Below are positions 56,611 to 64,000 of a stretch of 64,000 bases of DNA, in pieces (position 1 is the first letter of the stretch; the number at the start of each line of letters is the position of its first letter). The DNA is taken from NCBI GenBank assembly GCA_028712255.1, contig JAQTQJ010000003.1, forward strand, positions 7,173 through 71,172. The letters are read 5' to 3'. The translations under genes and the position numbers were made by a program. Source of the stretch: Candidatus Omnitrophota bacterium. GTDB lineage: Bacteria > Omnitrophota > Gorgyraeia > Gygaellales > Profunditerraquicolaceae. The notes beneath the pieces were generated by a model that made no database searches, was not told where the DNA came from, and saw only the letters and a list, made by a program, of their open reading frames with translations.

Positions 56611-58184
56611 TTTTGACTATTAATTTTTACTTGATAACTCAACATCAATATGCTATTTACAAACCAATAAAGTACCAATCCCGACGGCATTTGGTAAAAA
56701 ATAACTCCAAACATGATCGGCATAATGATCATCATTATTTTTTGTTGTTGAGCAGCGTCACCAGTTGCTTTACCCATAGAAATCTTTTGCTGAACAAACA
56801 TGCCAATAGCCATCAAAATTGGTAAAATATTTAATTGGTTGCCTAACAACGGTATTGAATTTTTAAAAACAAAAAGCTTGTCCGGAGAAGACAAATCCTT
56901 AATCCACCAGAAATGCGCTCCTCTTAAATCTACTGAACGAATTAACGCCTGATAAAGCGCAAAAAATATAGGCATCTGCAATAAAAGTGGCAAACACCCG
57001 CTAAGCGGGTTAACCTTGTGCTCTTTATATAGCTCCATGATTTCTTTATTTAATCTTTGTGGATTATCTTTAAACTCCTTACGTAGAGCTTCGATTTTAG
57101 GCTGTAAGATCTGCATCTCTTTCATGGAGCGCATTTGTTTAATCGATAGGGGAAATAATAGAAAATAGACTGCAATGCTTAAGATAATTATGGCCAAGCC
57201 CCAATTATGAACTAGGCCATAGAAAAATCCAAGAAGTTGTAAAAGAAGCTGAGCAATAAAATCAAACATCCCAAAATATATAATAGGTGTCCATTCTGGT
57301 TTAATGCTGTTTAGCAGCTTAAGATCCTGTGGGCCTAAAAATATGCGATATAAATGTCCAATCTGAGCTCCAGGTTTTAAATTCTCATCATTATAAAAAA
57401 TACCCACTTCTGATTCTTGCGAATTAATTTTTTTAACATAACCGCTAGAGGTAAAATTAACGGGCTCAACAATAGCGCAAAAATACTGATCACGCAGCCC
57501 AATAAACTTCACGTCTGGAGCACTAAAATCTTTACCCGCTCCGAGGTGTAAGGTTTTTTCCTTGCCTCCCAGCAAAACGTCCTGATATCGTGCTTGGGAA
57601 TTTTTAGCCGACAAATCTAATCTTCCTAAAACTAATTGAGGTTTTTGCAACAATAGAGGAGAGGATGATAAATTTTGGGTCTTAATCTCTAACTCTATGA
57701 CATAACTATTGTTAGGAATAGTGAACTTCTTGACAATACGCTTATCTTGATCTTCATGGACAAAACTGATGGTATCTTTAGTTATATTTTGCTGTTTAAA
57801 AACAAGGCCTTCGTCACTAAGAAAACCAATTTTAAGCGGTAGACGGTGCTCAATGTTATTTTTAAAAATTACCTCTAAAATAGCGGCCCTATTTGGATTA
57901 AAAATAATTTCTCGACTATCTTGAGTAAATTTAACAGTCTCTTTCACCTCATTGGCGTCCGCAGATAATGGAGCGACGCCTGATGGAGACAAGGTTGTCC
58001 CTGTAGCTACTGAAGTCTGCAATTGAGCATTTATCGCATTAACTCCTTTATTATCAACTAGTTGCGGCTTATGGCTTTGGCCAAAGGAAGCCAAACCATT
58101 GCCTTCCGGCTTAGGAGTTAGAGCTGACCAGCTCAGTAATACTAATAAAGATAAGGCAATGGCTAGAACTAAACGTTTTTCCAT
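56607..58184 (-). CDS. yidC: Membrane protein insertase YidC
   Basis: N-terminal TM helix, a large periplasmic domain and a C-terminal 5-TM core. 525 aa. Confidence 0.85.
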   Translation of the reverse strand: MEKRLVLAIALSLLVLLSWSALTPKPEGNGLASFGQSHKPQLVDNKGVNAINAQLQTSVATGTTLSPSGVAPLSADANEVKETVKFTQDSREIIFNPNRAAILEVIFKNNIEHRLPLKIGFLSDEGLVFKQQNITKDTISFVHEDQDKRIVKKFTIPNNSYVIELEIKTQNLSSSPLLLQKPQLVLGRLDLSAKNSQARYQDVLLGGKEKTLHLGAGKDFSAPDVKFIGLRDQYFCAIVEPVNFTSSGYVKKINSQESEVGIFYNDENLKPGAQIGHLYRIFLGPQDLKLLNSIKPEWTPIIYFGMFDFIAQLLLQLLGFFYGLVHNWGLAIIILSIAVYFLLFPLSIKQMRSMKEMQILQPKIEALRKEFKDNPQRLNKEIMELYKEHKVNPLSGCLPLLLQMPIFFALYQALIRSVDLRGAHFWWIKDLSSPDKLFVFKNSIPLLGNQLNILPILMAIGMFVQQKISMGKATGDAAQQQKIMMIIMPIMFGVIFYQMPSGLVLYWFVNSILMLSYQVKINSQK

Positions 58185-58190
58185 AGAATT

Positions 58191-58415
58191 TTATATTAAG
58201 GGATCATACCCTGAGCGCCGAGAAAAAGGATGGCAGCGCAATAACCTGGCTAACCCCTTACATACTCCTCTTATTATTCCGTATTTTAAAATTGCCTGCT
58301 TAGTATAATCAGAACAGCTTGGTTCAAACCGGCAACATAGCGGCAAAACCGGCCTTAAAAATTTTTGATAGCCTGCTATTAAGGCGATTGAAAAATTTCT
58401 TAGCTTTAAATACAA
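58191..58415 (-). CDS. yidD: Membrane protein insertion efficiency factor YidD
   Basis: [10 protein letters not shown]...RCHPF..GYDP signature. Apparent TTG start overlaps the rpmH stop. Confidence 0.8.
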   Translation of the reverse strand: MYLKLRNFSIALIAGYQKFLRPVLPLCCRFEPSCSDYTKQAILKYGIIRGVCKGLARLLRCHPFSRRSGYDPLI

Positions 58416-58543
58416 AGCCTTTTCCTGCCTTTGCTCCGTCGGCGCGCTAAAAGCTTTCTACCGGATTTAGAAGCCATTTTACTACGAAAACCATGGCGCT
58501 TTTTACCGACAATGTTTGTAGGTGTCTTTAAATTTTTCTTCAT
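58406..58543 (-). CDS. rpmH: 50S ribosomal protein L34
   Basis: [45 protein letters not shown]. Not in the ORF track, presumably because it is short. Read by hand. Confidence 0.85.
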   Translation of the reverse strand: MKKNLKTPTNIVGKKRHGFRSKMASKSGRKLLARRRSKGRKRLCI

Positions 58544-58624
58544 CTTTACCGCTCCTTTAGATTGTTAAATACTTTCGAATTTTGTGAATTGTAACATACA
58601 TTTATTGCAAGGTCAAGTTTTTTA

Positions 58625-58702
58625 TTGACGCCCAAGCATATTGTTGTATAATAACTAACGTTTAACTTTTTTACTTGCAAGGATTTTGGTCTCTGTTATA
58701 AT
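58625..58702 (+). promoter_or_regulatory. Two tandem sigma-70-type promoters upstream of dnaA
   Basis: P1 is TTGACG(58625)-17nt-TATAAT(58647-58652). P2 is TTGCAA(58675)-16nt-TATAAT(58697-58702). Confidence 0.55.
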
Positions 58703-58733
58703 AGCTTTGTTTAAAAAATTTGCAGTAACTATT

Positions 58734-58764
58734 TTATCCACAGATTTATGCAAGTTGTGTATAA
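58734..58764 (+). promoter_or_regulatory. DnaA boxes in an oriC-like region upstream of dnaA
   Basis: Perfect TTATCCACA at 58734-58742 and a one-mismatch box TGTGTATAA at 58756-58764. AT-rich surroundings. Confidence 0.55.
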
Positions 58765-58797
58765 GCTGTTAACTCTGTAGATACGGTTATAAAAACC

Positions 58798-60132
58798 ATG
58801 GTTGAGCTTATTAAGAATTGGGAAGAAGCACAGGTAGATTTAAAGACAAGGATGGGCGATACTATCTTTGCTACCTGGATAGCTCCGCTGAAGTTTTTAC
58901 CTCAAGATAACCACAGTATAAATCTTGAGGCTCCAGACCAATTTTTCAAAGACTGGGTAGAAAAACATTATCTTGAACTTATTCGGGATACCTTAAAACG
59001 TAAGGGCGTGGATAATCTGTTAGTAAAGTTAGTTGTCAGCACCGCTCAAAGCGATTTATCTATTCCTTCTAACAATGAAATCAGTATCAAGAACGCTCCA
59101 TCTGCTAGTTGTATCAATCTTAATTCGCGTTATACATTTGAAAATTTTGTTATCGGGGCTTCCAATAGGCATGCGCACGCCTATTCTTTAGCTGTAGCCA
59201 ACTCACCGGCTAAAACATATAATCCATTATTCATTTATGGAGGAGTGGGGCTGGGAAAGACCCATTTGATCCAAGCTATCTGCCATCAAATAAAAAACAA
59301 TAACCCAACGGGAATAAAAATATGCTATGTTTCGAGTGAAAAATTTACCAACGAGCTTATCGACGCTATAGCGCATCGTTCTACTAATGCTTTTCGCCAA
59401 AAATACCGCAACCTCGATGTCCTTGTTATTGATGATATTCACTTTATCGCAGGAAAAGAATCTACTCAAGAGGAGTTTTTCCACACCTTCAATACTTTAT
59501 ATGATGCTCACAAACAAATTGTATTCTCCTCAGATCGGCCGCCTAAAGAAATTACCAACCTACAGGAACGGCTGATTTCACGGTTTGGGTGGGGCCTGGC
59601 TACAGATGTCCAGCCCCCAGATCTAGAAACACGCGTGGCAATCCTAAAGAAGAAAATTGAACGTGAACCCGTCACGGTTCCCGATGATGTAATATTTTTT
59701 ATCGCTCAATTAATTAAAACCAATATTCGCGAACTAGAAGGCGCCTTAATCAGAACGATTGCCTATTCTTTGCTAGAGGAAGCTCCGGTTACCTTACAAT
59801 TAACTAAAGAGGTACTGAAAGACCTGCTCAAAGAACCTACAAAATTAATTACTGTAGATTTTATCCAACGCTGCGTAGTCGAGGAATTCGGAGTTTCTTT
59901 ACAGGACCTTAAAACAAAAAGACGCAACAAACAAGTTGTGCTTCCACGACAAATTGCTATGTATTTAAGTAGGGAATTAACGGATTTATCTCTCCCGGAA
60001 ATCGGAGAACTTTTTGGTGGCAAAGATCACACTACAGTTTTACACTCTTACAATAAAATCAAGGAAGAGATTATCCAAAACCCGGAGCTAAAAGGAAGGG
60101 TTGAAAAAGTTATTCAAGTTGTTAAACAGTAA
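58798..60132 (+). CDS. dnaA: Chromosomal replication initiator DnaA
   Basis: AAA+ Walker A GGVGLGKTHL, sensor motifs and a C-terminal DNA-binding domain. 444 aa. Confidence 0.95.
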   Translation: MVELIKNWEEAQVDLKTRMGDTIFATWIAPLKFLPQDNHSINLEAPDQFFKDWVEKHYLELIRDTLKRKGVDNLLVKLVVSTAQSDLSIPSNNEISIKNAPSASCINLNSRYTFENFVIGASNRHAHAYSLAVANSPAKTYNPLFIYGGVGLGKTHLIQAICHQIKNNNPTGIKICYVSSEKFTNELIDAIAHRSTNAFRQKYRNLDVLVIDDIHFIAGKESTQEEFFHTFNTLYDAHKQIVFSSDRPPKEITNLQERLISRFGWGLATDVQPPDLETRVAILKKKIEREPVTVPDDVIFFIAQLIKTNIRELEGALIRTIAYSLLEEAPVTLQLTKEVLKDLLKEPTKLITVDFIQRCVVEEFGVSLQDLKTKRRNKQVVLPRQIAMYLSRELTDLSLPEIGELFGGKDHTTVLHSYNKIKEEIIQNPELKGRVEKVIQVVKQ

Positions 60133-60273
60133 TGCCCAAGTTATTAGAATACATTATTTCTCCTAAATATGCCTCAAACAAAGAGTTATGTGCTTGTTAA
60201 CAAAAAGTAGGTTATATTACGACTATTACTGTTTTAAGTATTGAAATATATATAAATAGAAGGAGATTGAAAA

Positions 60274-61368
60274 ATGAAACTTCGAGTAGAAAAAAATCAT
60301 TTAATTAGTGCAATTCAAGCTGTACAAAACATAATTACTTCAAAATCAGCTTTACCTATCCTTTCTAATATTTTAATTGAGACTCAAGGGGCACTTTTGC
60401 GCCTAACAGCAACAGATTTAGATATAGGAATAACCTGTGCAATTCCTGGGGAAATCCTGGAACAAGGTGCGATCACTATTCCAGCCAAGAGGTTTAGTGA
60501 TATAATTAAAGAATTCCCTTTGGATGTAGTTAATATTACTACTAAAAAAAACAACCAGGTGATTATTGATTCAGATATGTGTCAGTTTAAAATTATGGGG
60601 TTGGCTAAAGAGGAATTTCCAAAACTTCCTGAATTTAAAGATAAAAAAGTGATTAAGATTGAGCAGGGTGCTCTAAGACAAATGTTGTCATTAACCTCTT
60701 TTGCTTCGTCATTAGATGAAACGCGTTATGTTTTAAATGGTATTTTATTTAAAATTAATAAAGGAGTATTGGTTTTGGTAGCTACTGATGGTAAAAGGTT
60801 GGCGATTGCCGAGAGAAAATTGGTTGGAGTGGAAGTAGATATCGAAGTTAGTATAATTATTCCTATTAAAACAATCCAGGAATTAAATCGTAATCTTAAA
60901 GATATTGGAGATCTATCATTAGTGATTAGTAGTAATCAAGCGCTTTTTGATTTGGGCTCTGTTGCGGTTGTATCGCGGCTTATTGAGGGAGAATTTCCGG
61001 ATTATAAACAGGTTATTCCCGTAGCATCCGAAAATAAAATAAAAATAGAGCGCAGTCAGTTTTTGTTAGCGGTAAAGCGAGCCGCACTTTTGGCTACGCC
61101 GGATTACCAGGCGGTAAAGCTAGAGGTTTTTAAGAACAAGCTGGTTATTTCTAAGTCTACTCCTGATGTTGGCGAGTTTCATGAAGAGTTGGTAGTAGAG
61201 TATCAAGGAAAAGAGTTGGTGATTGGTTTTAACCCGGTTTATTTAATGGATGTTTTAAAGAGTTTAGATGAAGATGTTGTTAATTTAGAGTTAACCGATG
61301 GTGAAAAACCAGGAGTTATTCGTATTAGTGGCTATATTTATATAGTTTTACCTATGCGGCTTAATTAG
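60274..61368 (+). CDS. dnaN: DNA polymerase III beta sliding clamp
   Basis: Three-domain clamp, 364 aa. RBS GGAG before the ATG. Confidence 0.9.
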   Translation: MKLRVEKNHLISAIQAVQNIITSKSALPILSNILIETQGALLRLTATDLDIGITCAIPGEILEQGAITIPAKRFSDIIKEFPLDVVNITTKKNNQVIIDSDMCQFKIMGLAKEEFPKLPEFKDKKVIKIEQGALRQMLSLTSFASSLDETRYVLNGILFKINKGVLVLVATDGKRLAIAERKLVGVEVDIEVSIIIPIKTIQELNRNLKDIGDLSLVISSNQALFDLGSVAVVSRLIEGEFPDYKQVIPVASENKIKIERSQFLLAVKRAALLATPDYQAVKLEVFKNKLVISKSTPDVGEFHEELVVEYQGKELVIGFNPVYLMDVLKSLDEDVVNLELTDGEKPGVIRISGYIYIVLPMRLN

Positions 61369-61372
61369 AAAT

Positions 61373-61657
61373 ATGGAGCTTTTAAAAAAAACCCTAGATG
61401 AGGTTATGCGCGGGCTTGGTGTTAAAAAAAACAATTCCTCAGTCGGAGATCCTCAAGAATGGTTAAAAAAAGCCTTGACAAAGAAAGAGTTGCAGCATAT
61501 AAAAGTTAAATATTTCAATAAGGGAATGCTTGGTTTAAGTGTTGATTCTTCTGCTTGGCTGTATATTTTAAGCTTAAAAAAAGAAGAATTACTAGAAGGG
61601 TTAAAAAAAGAAAATTCCGGAATCAAAAATATAATTTTCCGTATCGGAGAAGTTTAA
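61373..61657 (+). CDS. dciA: DUF721/DciA-like small protein between dnaN and gyrB
   Basis: 94 aa with the ...GMLGLSVDSSAWLYILSLKKEELLEGL pattern typical of DUF721 proteins. Synteny is dnaN-X-gyrB. Confidence 0.5.
   Translation: MELLKKTLDEVMRGLGVKKNNSSVGDPQEWLKKALTKKELQHIKVKYFNKGMLGLSVDSSAWLYILSLKKEELLEGLKKENSGIKNIIFRIGEV

Positions 61658-64000
<2,343 letters not shown>

Noticed and set aside
58191-58552. rnpA hidden between rpmH and yidD
   Set aside because: rpmH (58406-58543) and yidD (58191-58415) overlap, so there is no room for a ~110-aa RNase P protein gene in any frame.

Overview
The window has two parts. Positions 1 to about 21,480 hold the right-hand part of a lambda-like siphovirus prophage, which looks GC-richer than the rest by eye (not computed) and continues past the left edge of the window. 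All its late genes are on the minus strand, in lambda order: minor tail protein M (partial), tape measure, tail chaperones G and G-T with a -1 frameshift site AAAAAAC, major tail protein, connectors, major capsid, decoration protein, protease/scaffold, portal, W, large terminase, small terminase, and a ParB-nuclease/DNA-methyltransferase fusion. A four-gene insert that includes a GT4 glycosyltransferase sits between the portal and protease genes. Upstream (higher coordinates) is an early module: a helix-turn-helix protein (HTH) that looks like a lambda O replication initiator, with four dyad iterons inside its 3' end; a phage sigma-70-family factor; two small genes each preceded by the same ~33-bp promoter/operator; and a large serine recombinase, followed by a terminator at 21433-21477. 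Positions ~21,480 to 64,000 are AT-rich host chromosome around the replication origin. Its recognisable genes are: gltX; a four-subunit 2-oxoacid:ferredoxin oxidoreductase; dxs; xseAB; a YmdB-like phosphoesterase; rny; MTHFS; iscU; a MetV-like Fe-S protein; a UvrD/PcrA helicase; a cyclophilin; a CheY-like receiver; pheST; KtrB plus two KtrA; the thrS-infC-rpmI-rplT operon; a tRNA-Val/Leu/Cys cluster containing a free-standing LAGLIDADG homing endonuclease; coaC; rpoZ; gmk; yicC; ndk; parAB; a truncated jag; yidC; yidD; rpmH; oriC-like DnaA boxes; dnaA; dnaN; dciA (DUF721); and gyrB interrupted by an HNH-type intein at the EGDSAGG|S site. Structure not explained by genes includes three copies of a ~45-60 bp palindrome that shows compensatory substitutions between copies, and a duplicated hairpin-plus-RBS leader directly upstream of rplT and parB. 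I did not find CRISPR arrays or rRNA genes.
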